Below, in pieces: positions 53,822 through 64,000 of a stretch of DNA of 64,000 nt. The stretch's first letter is position 1; each line of letters starts with the position of its first letter. The DNA lies in assembly GCA_951406725.2 (NCBI GenBank), contig OX597822.1, forward strand, positions 62,434,001-62,498,000, read 5' to 3'. The translations under genes and the position numbers were made by a program. The DNA is from Octopus vulgaris (taxonomy: Eukaryota). The notes beneath the pieces were generated by a model. It made no database searches and was not told the DNA's origin. It saw only the letters and a list, made by a program, of their open reading frames with translations.

Positions 53822-55085
53822 ACTGAAATTCATAGAAAAACAACAGACGAAGACAGGTGCATGAACAACAAGCAGGTGTATTATTAGTTCGCTCAGGAGA
53901 GTGAGAAGGTCTTTTACGTTTGGAGCCTACGCTCTTCAGCAGAAAGGAATAAGAGAAAATAAACAGTGAGAGTATTAAAAAAAAACTTGTGAATTTAGCG
54001 ATGAAGCATGGCGACTGCTTGGGGGGAAAAGGTTTGACAGGAGGGATAGAAAGAAGGGGAGATATGAAAGTACTGGTGATCCCAAAACGAAGGTGCACGT
54101 ACATGTGTGTGAATGTGAGAGTGTGTAAGTTTGTGTGTGTGGATAAGGGCTAGTGACTTTGACGTGTAAATGTCTGCATGTATGTGTGCCTCTGTAATGT
54201 GTGGGTGCGTGGATGATGGTGTGCGGGTGTGCAGATGATGGTGTGTGGTGTGGGTGCTGGAAAGTGGTCAGTGCAAGTGTGTGTGGAGCGATGTGATGTG
54301 GTGGTGTGGGTGGAGGGAGTATCAGTGAAGAGAGAATGTAGGTAGGAAAGAAGAGAGGAAGTAGGTGTCAGAGCAAGAGAGGAGAGGAGAGGTGAGTAGG
54401 AGTGAAGAGAGGAAGTAGGTGTCAGATGAAGAAAGGAGGGGAGTCAGATGAAGAGTGAAGGGGAGTTGAGCCCATGTGGCGCAAAGGAGCGAGGAGAGAA
54501 GATTAATATCTGTTTATGGCGAAGGCGGTTGTCTGGATGACCCCTGTGCAAAGACAATTCAAACACAGACAGGTGTTGTAGTGAATGACCGGTGGAGTGG
54601 AAATGGCGTTAGGCCTGGGTGTCATTGCCGAGTCTGATGTCTCGGGGGTGCTCCGCGAACCGGTCAGCCAAGCGGCGTCCCGTTTACAGATGCATAGAGA
54701 AGGGCAGAAAGAGCAGGAGATGCAGTAAATAACGTTGCTAGAAGTGCAAGCAAAGTAGTCGGTGTATGTGATAGGGGCAATGATGGGTACCTGTGAGGAA
54801 GTTAGTGTTGGAGAGGTAGGGGCAAGTGGGGCAGCGTGGTTGGAATCAGAAGGACGAGCCAGGGTAGAAACTGTGGACCAGAAGATCACGCTGGTTGTGG
54901 GCTCGTTTGAATGAGGGAAGGGGTAGCTTGGGAAAGATGTGTGAGGTGGAAGGGTCAGACAGGAGTCGCTCGAAGGCTCGGAGAATGGTGCGTTGGAGGG
55001 ACAGGGTGCATGGGTGGTAGGTGAGGGGAAACGGGAGACGGGCAACGGCGTCGTGGGTGCGGCGAGAGACAGCAGTGGCACGGTA
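53822..55085 (-). mobile_element. Penelope-like element 3' part: GIY-YIG endonuclease remnant plus 3' UTR with a decayed HHR (53911-53946)
   Basis: FACTSSNVIYCISCSFCPSLC(I), then in a shifted frame TGRRLADRFAEH. Upstream PLTYHP...FPKLPLPSFKRAHNQRDLLVHS is a PLE RT-EN linker. The HHR reads CUUU-CUGCUGA-a-GAGC-guag-GCUC-cAAA-cg-UA-AAAG. Confidence 0.85.
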
Positions 55086-56125
55086 CACACACAGTATATT
55101 TTACGTGTTTCTTTCAGTTTCCACTTACAAGGCTTTGGTCGGCCCGAGGACATATTAGAAAACACTTGTCCGAGGTTTCATGCAGTGGGACTGAACCTGG
55201 AACCATATGGTTGGGAAATTAACTTTTTACCACAGATCCACGCCTGCACCTACAATTAAAATGGTAAAACACCTATGGAAAATTGATGAAAAATTTGTAA
55301 AACCACAATCAAAATCCTATTAAGGTAGTTAATTATTATCATCATCGTCAACCTGCCGACATTACTGCCATGAGTCCTGGGAATCTTAGGGTCGGTTACC
55401 TGGTTTCCATGGCGTGTAAGGGACTGATATCACAGTATTCTCCTTGAACGGGACGCTAATCCATCGCAAGGTTACTTATTTACAGCTGAGTGAACTAGGG
55501 CAGCGTAAAATGAAATTCTTAGCTCAAGAACACAACGCAGAACCCACTCTGGGAATCAAATTCATGATCTTGTATACGCGTAAAGAATGAATTGCAATCT
55601 ATGAATGTGCGTTTGTTTAACAGCATAATGTTAGAAATTACCTAGTATCCCCCCCCCCTCTCATCAGTTTGTTTCCTAAGATCTGTATTCGTATACTTTG
55701 TTATAATACTATTCAGAAAATACATTTCCAAAATACCATCGAAGTTGAAAAGAAACTAATCTAGTCTGAAAACCAAATCAAAGCCAAAACCCAGTTAGAA
55801 ATCTTTATTTTCTATTTTACTTTTCTTTATCTTATTCTATTTTGTTGTTTAATTTTGTTGTTCTTTTATTTTGAAAAGTGTTGTTGGTAAAAAGAATCCC
55901 GTTGGAAGAAAGTTCCAAAATCTGATAGTTTAGTGACATTAAATTTGAAAGTCTGTAAGTAGATAAGCTCAGTATAACAGACTCAACTGTCATCAACAAG
56001 CTCATTAGCATACCATGAAGATAATCTTATCGACAAGCAGAGGATATAAACTGTCAGTGTAAGAGTTAAACCAGGTGGGAAATTGGTGAGATTGTTATAT
56101 TCCATTATGTTATATAATTTGTAGA

Positions 56126-56410
56126 GGCGCAATGGCCCAGTGGCTAGGGCAGCGGACTCGCGGCCGAGGTTTCGATTCCCAGACCGGACGTTGTGTGTGT
56201 TTATTGAGCCGAAAACACCTAAAGCTCCACGACGCTCCGGCAGGGGGTGGTGGCGACCCCTGTTGTACTTTTTCACCCCTAACTTTCTCTCACTCTTTCT
56301 TCCTGTTTCTTGAGTAACGCTGCGATGGACTAGTGTCCCATCCAGCTGGGGGGAACACATACTCCATAGAAACCGGGCCCATGAGCCTGGCTAGGCTTGA
56401 AAAGGGCGCA
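56126..56410 (+). mobile_element. Family C tRNA-derived SINE
   Basis: GGCGCAATGGCCCAGTGGCTAGGGCAGCGGACTCG...GGTTTCGATTCCC. Confidence 0.85.
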
Positions 56411-56944
56411 AAAGAAGAAAGATGTTATATAATTATAATTCCTTTACTTTCCGTGTTCAAATCCCGCTCTTGTTAACTTTATATTGCGTCCTTCTAGAGT
56501 TAAAAAAAGAGTATTAGATACTGGAATTAATATAACCGATTAAATCACTCCCTTAAATGTAAAATGTCGCAGCTATTTAAGAAATCAAAATATGCGCATC
56601 AGAAAAGGACACCTGAGTAATCCATGCACTACTTTATATTCTCTCTCCCTGCCTTTTCTAGCTTGGCCTTTGCTTCTCCCTCCAGCTGTTCGCGTATCAC
56701 GAGTAGTCAGAAACTCCTGACTCACTAGTCTTCCTACCTTCTGGTCATTCATATTATATCCATCACAAAGACCAAAATTAAATTCACAAGTCCACGTTTT
56801 ATCTGAAGTCGTTGAGTCTCAAACATTCATTAGAAACATTAATAATCCTTATTCTTTGCTATTGGTAGATCCGAACTCACCATGGTCGCATTCACCTTCC
56901 TTTACAACAGCCTCATTAAAATATTTATATGAAACGTATCTTTG

Positions 56945-57317
56945 AAGCACTCCGTCGGTTACGACGACGAGGGTTCCGGTTGATCCGATCAAAGGAACAG
57001 CCTGCTCGTGAAATTAACGTGTAAGTGGCTGAGCACTCCACAGACACGTGTACCCTTAACGTAGTTCTCAGGGATATTCAGCGTGACACAGAGAGTGACA
57101 AGGCCAGCCCCTTGAAATACAGGTACAACAGAAACAGGAAGAAAGAGTGAGAGAAAGTTGTGGTGAAAGAGTACAGCAGGGATCACCACCATCCCCTGCC
57201 GGAGCCTCGTGGAGATTTTAGGTGTTTTCGCTCAATAAACACTCACAACGCCCGGTCTGGGAATCGAAACCGCGATCTTACGACCGCGAGTACGCTGCCC
57301 TAACCACTGGGCCATTG
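56945..57317 (-). mobile_element. Family C tRNA-derived SINE with a different tail
   Basis: Reverse complement of the 56130-56315 head and body. The tail is shared with 51460-51600. Confidence 0.85.
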
Positions 57318-57460
57318 TATAATGTATAAAAAGTATTAAATGATACCGCCTTATGTCAAAATTAAATTATCATTAGCCAGCTACAGGGATATTTTTATAT
57401 GTAGAAATTTAAACTACTTAGTCGATTATTTCCGTACAAAATGATTAATATTTAGATAAT

Positions 57461-59263
57461 CTATTACATTAACCTATTCTTTCAATCTAGAAAACGAAAT
57501 ACTTTTATGGTTTAAATATTACATACCGACGGCTTTTTCGTTTTGCATATGATATTTCAATATAATTTTGTATATCAAATTTCAATATAATTTTCCATAT
57601 ATTTCAATATGATTTTGTATATCATATTTCAATATGATAACATTATTAACTATATATCATCATAAGTCATTAATCAATAAATCAACAATAAATGCATCAA
57701 TTCTCTGTAATAAACTATATCTACAAATTATAATGATGTGTCATTAATCATAATCAATCTTTAATTAACATCAATTACCATTAACGTAAGCATCGTTATT
57801 AGTCATTCCCATTAATTACTATACATTATAACCAATCATTAATCATCAACTTTAATTCACCTTTAGTTATTAATCACTGCTAATTCCGTCACTCATCACG
57901 ATCAATCACAATGAAACCTTATCGTCAAAACATTAATCATCAATCTTTATTCGAATGTCATTACTCATCACTAATCAATGATCACCGTTAATCAACGTCA
58001 ATATAATCATCTTCAATTATAATCACCATCATTATCGTCATTTTCATCATCGTTCATCAGCATTGTGTGTGCGCGTGCGCGCATTTAAAAAGAGAAAAAT
58101 TGGCCGATTCACTTAAATGGAGATATTGGTTTGTGGTACACGTTCTAGCTGTCTGCGTTAGAGGTTCAATTACAACCAAGGTCAAATTTATCATTCATTC
58201 TTTCGCGATCGGTAAATAAAATAAAGGCCATGTACTTGTGCCCTCCCTCTTTCTCTCTCTTTCTCCCTTCTCTCTCTCTCTCTCTACCCTCTCTTTCTCT
58301 TTCTCGGTCTGTCTGGATAAATCGGCTATGATAAGATTAAGGAGGGATGGGCTCCACTATGTCGAAAAATGCCCGTGGCAGACTGCATAATGGCGGTGCC
58401 CCAGCATGGCCACAGCTCATAAGCTGAAACTAGAATCAATCAATCAATCATACCCAAACAGTGGCGCTACCACTCCAGCTGGAATTCAGAGCTTACACAC
58501 ACACACACACACACACACGCACACTCACACACACACACACGCATACAGTAATGGTTGTTACCACCTCAACATGGTTGTTCTGCATAGAACAGTGTTACTA
58601 GTCTTTTTAACCTCGGGAGGACACCTCCTCCAGCTGGCTAAAGACACAATATCTGTATCTGATATATTGCAAGCAAGGGAGCGAACAACTCCCATCTAGC
58701 TACGACAGGACTGGTAGACCAGCTGGTTTCAGGGTCTCACTCTTCCTCAGTACTCGCACACCTGTCTGCTAGAAATGGTAGTCGTTCGTCCCAGTTCGCA
58801 ATATATAAAAAAAAACAAGTGACTCACGGCAGCTGTCTTGCAACAAGCAAAGTCGCTAGTTCTAAAATATTTATAATAGATATAAGTAGTAACTCTACTG
58901 AAAAATAATGGTTTTTACCACCTGGATATGGGGATGGTGGTGTTTATAACTATAAAAATTAACAAAGAACATTTACTGTGAAGACACATCATTATAATTT
59001 GCAGATATAATTTATTACAAAGAATTGATGCATTTATTGTTAATTTATTGATTAATGATTTATGATGATATATAGTTAATAATGTTATCATATTGAAATA
59101 TGATATACAAAATTATATTGAAATATATGCAAAAATTATATTGAAATTTGATATACAAAATTATATTGAAATATCGTACAAAATGAAAAAGACTACGGTG
59201 TGTAATATTTAAACCATAAAAGTATTTCGTTTTCTAGATTGAAAGAATAGGTTAATGTAATAG
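57461..59263. repeat. ~280-bp inverted repeat (57461-57742 / 58983-59263) with a 1.24-kb spacer
   Basis: The arms are near-identical reverse complements and contain internal ATTTCAATATAATTTTGTATATC sub-repeats. Confidence 0.9.
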
Positions 59264-59339
59264 TAAAAACAAAATATTTATACTTTGTATTCTAGTTTTG
59301 ATGTCTTTATTGTTATTTTTCAATAACAAGTTGCACTAG

Positions 59340-60200
59340 TTTGGACTGAAAAGTAATCGAGCTTTTGGCATACGAAACAGATAAACCTTGTTCAGCTCTA
59401 TGTACAAAGCCTTTTCTATGGCGATGTAGCTTTACCACTGAATTGATGTCGTTCTTATAAGACTATTTACGCAGAATAAGAGAGTGTCAGCTACGATGAC
59501 TACCCATAGTTGGGCATGACCATGATAACGTCCCTAAAAGAAGACGATTTCAATCACAGACTTTCAGAAGACAACCAACCAATGACTGCATTTGAGATGC
59601 TGAATGTGAACACGCACAACAGTCTCAGAATATTGGTGGTAATCGTTTGCGGATTACTCTAGCGATTTCGACTATACAGGCGTGTCATTTGTATAGAGCC
59701 ATATATTAACGTGAAGATCTGGAAAGCTCCTCTTGAATTTTCACGGTTTCATATAGATAGGAATCTTTCCTAGTGGAGTCTTGTTAAGTGGACGGAGAAA
59801 GCGAAGTTCAACTGGCTTTGAACTGGTAGTAAAATACAAGTGATACGTTGTCCTCGCGAGAAACAAAATTTCAGCCAACTCTGGATCAACGAATAGAAAA
59901 GTAAGGTCAATGTGATGCCTAAGGGGGTTTCTCGGCTTGAATTTCTGTCCTTATTTATCAGATCACCGCTACTATGATTAAAGAAGTACATCTTGTGATA
60001 TGTTTTTCAGCCCTTTTTCGCTCATAATTTCTCGTTCAAATGGATCATAAATTTTGACAAAAATCCCATCACACTACTCGTTCGGTTGAGAAATTTATTT
60101 ACATAAAAAATTTACGCTTAAATCCTTACCTGCTCAGCTCTCCAGTCGGTAATCCGTGAAAAAAGATTTGTAATATACAAAGTCAATAACCGTCAAGTTT
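59340..60200 (+). pseudogene. Highly decayed Tc1-like transposase remnant
   Basis: Scraps WSLVKWTEKAKFNW (compare W..V.WSDESKFN), VNVMP.G.FS (compare SVMVWGCFS) and PAQLS..NP. Confidence 0.4.
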
Positions 60201-61711
60201 AAATCACAAATCTTAGGCGTGGCTGTGTGGTAAGACGGTTGCTTCCAAACCACACACTTCAGGGTTCAATCCTTGGGCAAATGTATTCTGTGCTACAGAC
60301 TCGGGCCGAACAAAACCATGTGAGTGGAAGACGGAAAATGGAAGATGTCCGTCGTATATATGTGTGTGTGTGTGTATGTGCACGCGTATGTGTGTGTGTT
60401 TGTCTATGATTATTTCTCCACCACTGCTTTTCAACTGCTGTTAATATGTTTGCCACGCAATAACTTAACGGTTCTGCAAAACAAATCGATAAAGTAAGTA
60501 CCAGACTGGGATCGATTCATTCGACCAAAAATTATTCAAGGCGGTGCCCCAGCATAGCTGCAGTCTAATAACTGAAACAGATAAATGATAAAAGATAAAA
60601 GCGTGTGATCATACATTCCAGAGAGTAAATACCTAGAAGTCTCGTTTACCAACGTTTTGTTTAGTCCATAGATGCGGCGAAGTCATTGCAAGACAGGAAT
60701 ATTTCATTGGATATCACATGAATACATATTTTACTTTATGAGGAATTCGTGCTTGGGTTAATAATATTTTTCACTTCTGGTTCTTATTCTTAAGCATCTT
60801 GAATTCTAAACACCAATCAAATCACATTGACATAAGAGAAAATATTCCGACATATAACGATTAGTTTCGTGTTTGCCTTGGGCGTGTTTGCGTATAGAGT
60901 GTTAATGGAATATTCTTTTCTACTCTAAGAACAAGGTCCGAAATTGTTGAGGGGGGGGGGGCGCAGTCGATTAGATTAACACCAGTACGCAAGTAGTACT
61001 TAATTTATCGACCTCGAAAGGATGAATGGCAAAGTCGACCTCGGCGAAATTTGAACTCAGAACGTAAAGACAGATGAAATACTATTAAGCATTTCGCTCG
61101 GCGTGCTAACGTTTCTGCCAGCTCGCCGCCTAATAGAATATATTCTTTTCTAATCTAGACACAAGGCCCGAAATTTTGGGTGAGGAGGTCAGTCGATTAG
61201 ATCGACCCAGTGCACAACTGGTACTTAATTTATCGACCCCGAAAGGATGAAAGGCATCGTCGATTCGGCGGAATTTGAACTCAAAACGAAAAACCGCTAA
61301 ACATTTCGCCCGGCGTGCTAGCGTTTTTTATTTCTTTATTGCCCACAAGAGGCTAAACATAGAGGGGACAAACAAGGACAGACAAACGGATTAAGTCGAT
61401 TACATCGACTCCTGTGCGCAACTGGTACTTAATTTATCGACCCCGAAAGGATGAAAGGCAAAGTCGACCTCGGCGGAATTTGAACTCAGAACGTAACGGC
61501 AGACGAAATACCGCTAAGCATTTTGCCCGGCGTTCTAACGTTTCTGCCAGCTCGCCGCCTAATGGAATATTATATATATATGTTTATTTTACCCATTCTG
61601 TTCATAAATTATAGAACTATAAAAGTCACAAACATCTGCTCAATATTTGAATTTATAGAGGTTAATGTGTCAGGTTTAGAAAGTCATGTGGTATATAAAA
61701 TAGATATATTG

Positions 61712-61750
<39 letters not shown>

Positions 61751-62295
61751 CATGTGTATACAATGTAAGGGACTCTGCAAAGTTTGCACATGATGTATGT
61801 TTATATGAGGGAGAAAAGAATGAAGAAGGAAAGAGTGAAAGAAATCAAGAAACAAAGGCACGAGAAAACGTGCGACGAGAAATATAAAGAATGAGAACGA
61901 AAAATTGTAAGAATATGTGATGTAGAAAAAAGGTAAAATAACAAATGATCAGTGAGAAGGAAGACATCACAATAAATCAAGAAATTTGATGTTACGCGAA
62001 TGTAAATGACATTTTCAAGAGCGATGGATATGTGGGTTCCTAATCATTTGTGTATATTAGTGTGTGTGTATGTACAGAAGTTTTTAGTATATCTAGAACT
62101 CCATAAGTTAATGAGTTCATACTCATTAACTTACAGAAGAGAGGATGTAATTAGAGGTAGATTTGTCTGCTTATTTTAGTAGGTCGTGAAACCACGTACT
62201 GATTATGTGTATATGTATGCCTATACGTATGAGTGAATATATTTCTTTATGTATGTGTGCATGTATATGTACATTTATGTATGTATGTATTTATG

Positions 62296-62346
<51 letters not shown>

Positions 62347-62410
62347 ATATATGTATATATACAGCTTCCATGGGTATGAGTAAGTATCTCATTTATTTCC
62401 TTACCACATT

Positions 62411-62469
62411 TATCACTGACGAAGGGAGGGTTCTTACGAACTAACCCTGAAATCGGTCCGATATGGTAA
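62411..62469 (+). ncRNA. Type I hammerhead ribozyme in a (TA)n-bounded unit (about 62365-62700)
   Basis: UUACCA..UAUCa-CUGACGA-AGGG...CCCU-GAAA-ucgg-UC-cGAUA-UGGUAA. Stem I is extended with a bulge and has one core-proximal mismatch. Confidence 0.72.
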
Positions 62470-62696
62470 TAATGGAATATTTTAGAGATTTCTGTCGACC
62501 TTTTTTTGAGTAGCGTGCGAACTGTGGAAAATTACATGGTTATGGACAGGGTGTCTAATTTCGGCATATTTGGCATTAGAAATTTTTTCGTTTGCCCTTC
62601 TTTATAAGTTGTTTATAAATTTAACCTTTAAAGGTATTTTTTTATATGCTGCCCATTGATAAAATTTTTTTCGAAAAAGTTTTATACTACATTAAA

Positions 62697-62737
<41 letters not shown>

Positions 62738-62766
62738 GTAGATATATATGTATATATATATATATA

Positions 62767-63149
62767 CTAGCAGTATCGCCCGGCGTTGCTCAGGTTTGTA
62801 AGGGAAATAACTATAAAGCATTTTTAGAGAGTTATAGCCAAAAAATAGCAAAAAAATGGGAAAAAAATGATGGTAAATTTTTTTTTGAGAGTTAAAAAAG
62901 GTGGAGTTGCGTCCCCTAGACGGTCTGTGGTTTGGGTTTCTGATTCTCGACCCCATGTCGAATTTATCGATTTTTTTCAGAACGGGGAACTTTTCAAAAT
63001 TTTCGCTGCGTTAGTTTTGAATTATGACATTGGGCTAAGTGTGTGTCAAGTTTCATCAGAATCGGTTGAAAGCCGTGGTCAGAGTGAGGGTACGAGAAAA
63101 CAGACACACAGAAAACGCACAGACAAACTGCCGTTTATATAGAGAGAGA
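62767..63149 (-). mobile_element. Non-autonomous Helitron
   Basis: The minus strand begins TC(TCTCTATATAAACGG) and ends with a GC hairpin (CCTGAGCAACGCCGGG) plus CTAG. It is inserted between A and T with no TSD. Confidence 0.85.
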
Positions 63150-63221
63150 TGAACACTACTATAAAAATATTCCTTTAAAAAAACTTTTCTTCTAATTTTT
63201 CTAAATTTAATTATTTAATCG

Positions 63222-63265
63222 TTACAGTTGAAAAGGGTTCAAAATGACCGAAACCGGTACTGAAA
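63222..63265 (+). ncRNA. Type I minimal hammerhead ribozyme, U3:A8 variant
   Basis: uuaCAG-UUGAAAA-g-GGUU-caaaau-GACC-GAAA-ccgg-UA-CUGaaa. Confidence 0.65.
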
Positions 63266-63612
63266 TGTTCACTATAAAATTATTTTAGCATTTTCTATTT
63301 TTGACTTGTTATTTCATATATATCAACTCGTGTGTTCCTTTTCACCCTTATACATATCATTAACCCACACGAGATACAGAAAATGCCGACAAAAACAGAC
63401 ACAATCACCTCCATAAATGAAGAAATACTGAAAGAACTCAAGAAAATCAACACAAATTTGTCAACATTTTTGAACAAATTCGACTAGACACATCAACCCA
63501 ATCGAGAGAACAATGAGGAAACAGATACGAAAAATACAACCTCCGAAATTGTCGAAAACCTTGGAAACTTATGCGAAACAATTAGAACATTTTTCTCTAA
63601 CAACGCTAACCA

Positions 63613-64000
63613 ATGACCTCCAAACGCGTCAATATATGGGATCAATACTCTAACAATATACCAAATGAAACACCACAATGGAACAAATCACTCAGAGATA
63701 GAAAGTTCGCCTTTTGGAAGATGATCCAAAGCAACAACAAAGCGGATATATACGAAAAATGGCTCAACCGGACCCCGTTAATCCTCCCACGTAAATTCCA
63801 GTTCAAAGCCATTACAGAAGAACCTGAAACACAAAGACACCTCAGGGAGAAAATGGCACTGGAAAAAATGAAAATGGAAATAGAACTTCTGAAATTGAGG
63901 GCCCAAACGAATGAGGATAAAATAAAATCCACCGATGAAGATATCAACGAAGAAATTCGCAAAATGACCCAAGGCCCAGATCAAGAGAAGTTCTCCAAAC
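63613..64000 (+). CDS. ORF of unknown function running off the window (129+ aa, helical/coiled-coil); probably element-encoded
   Basis: MTSKRVNIWDQY...QWNKSLRDRKFAFWKMIQSNNKADIYEKWLNRTPLILPRKFQF...MALEKMKMEIELLKLRAQ... has no stop before the window end, so it is absent from the ORF track. An upstream frame from ATG 63383 has one stop and ends in an overlapping ATGA. Confidence 0.6.
   Translation, partial: MTSKRVNIWDQYSNNIPNETPQWNKSLRDRKFAFWKMIQSNNKADIYEKWLNRTPLILPRKFQFKAITEEPETQRHLREKMALEKMKMEIELLKLRAQTNEDKIKSTDEDINEEIRKMTQGPDQEKFSK

Noticed and set aside
57550-57635. Short repeated units resembling a CRISPR array
   Set aside because: These are tandem sub-repeats without unique spacers, in a eukaryotic context with no cas genes.

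Overview
This is AT-rich, repeat-saturated eukaryotic non-coding DNA. The tRNA-headed SINE families and dense (TA)n/(CA)n/(ATT)n tracts look like an octopus (cephalopod) genome; that assignment is my recognition, not a database result. I can support no intact host gene, and most listed ORFs are microsatellite translations. Recognisable mobile-element remnants are R4/Dong-type REL LINEs, Penelope RT and GIY-YIG fragments, hAT, several Tc1/mariner elements and MITEs, a non-autonomous Helitron, and a tandem ORF1-only (CCHC) element. The main unexplained signal is about 19 type I hammerhead ribozyme (HHR) motifs in roughly 15 unrelated short elements. These elements sit between (TA)n tracts or inside SINEs/LINEs and form fold-back or partial-tandem structures; two have 9-10 bp target-site duplications. 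Several catalytic cores show compensatory changes at the 3:8 pair (G3:C8, U3:A8), and one has strand-specific G-U pairing. One element has a tRNA-derived Pol III head and another precedes an unknown ORF. Together they suggest a diverse set of Penelope-dependent, retrozyme-like self-cleaving RNA elements. All folds were done by eye and none is tested.
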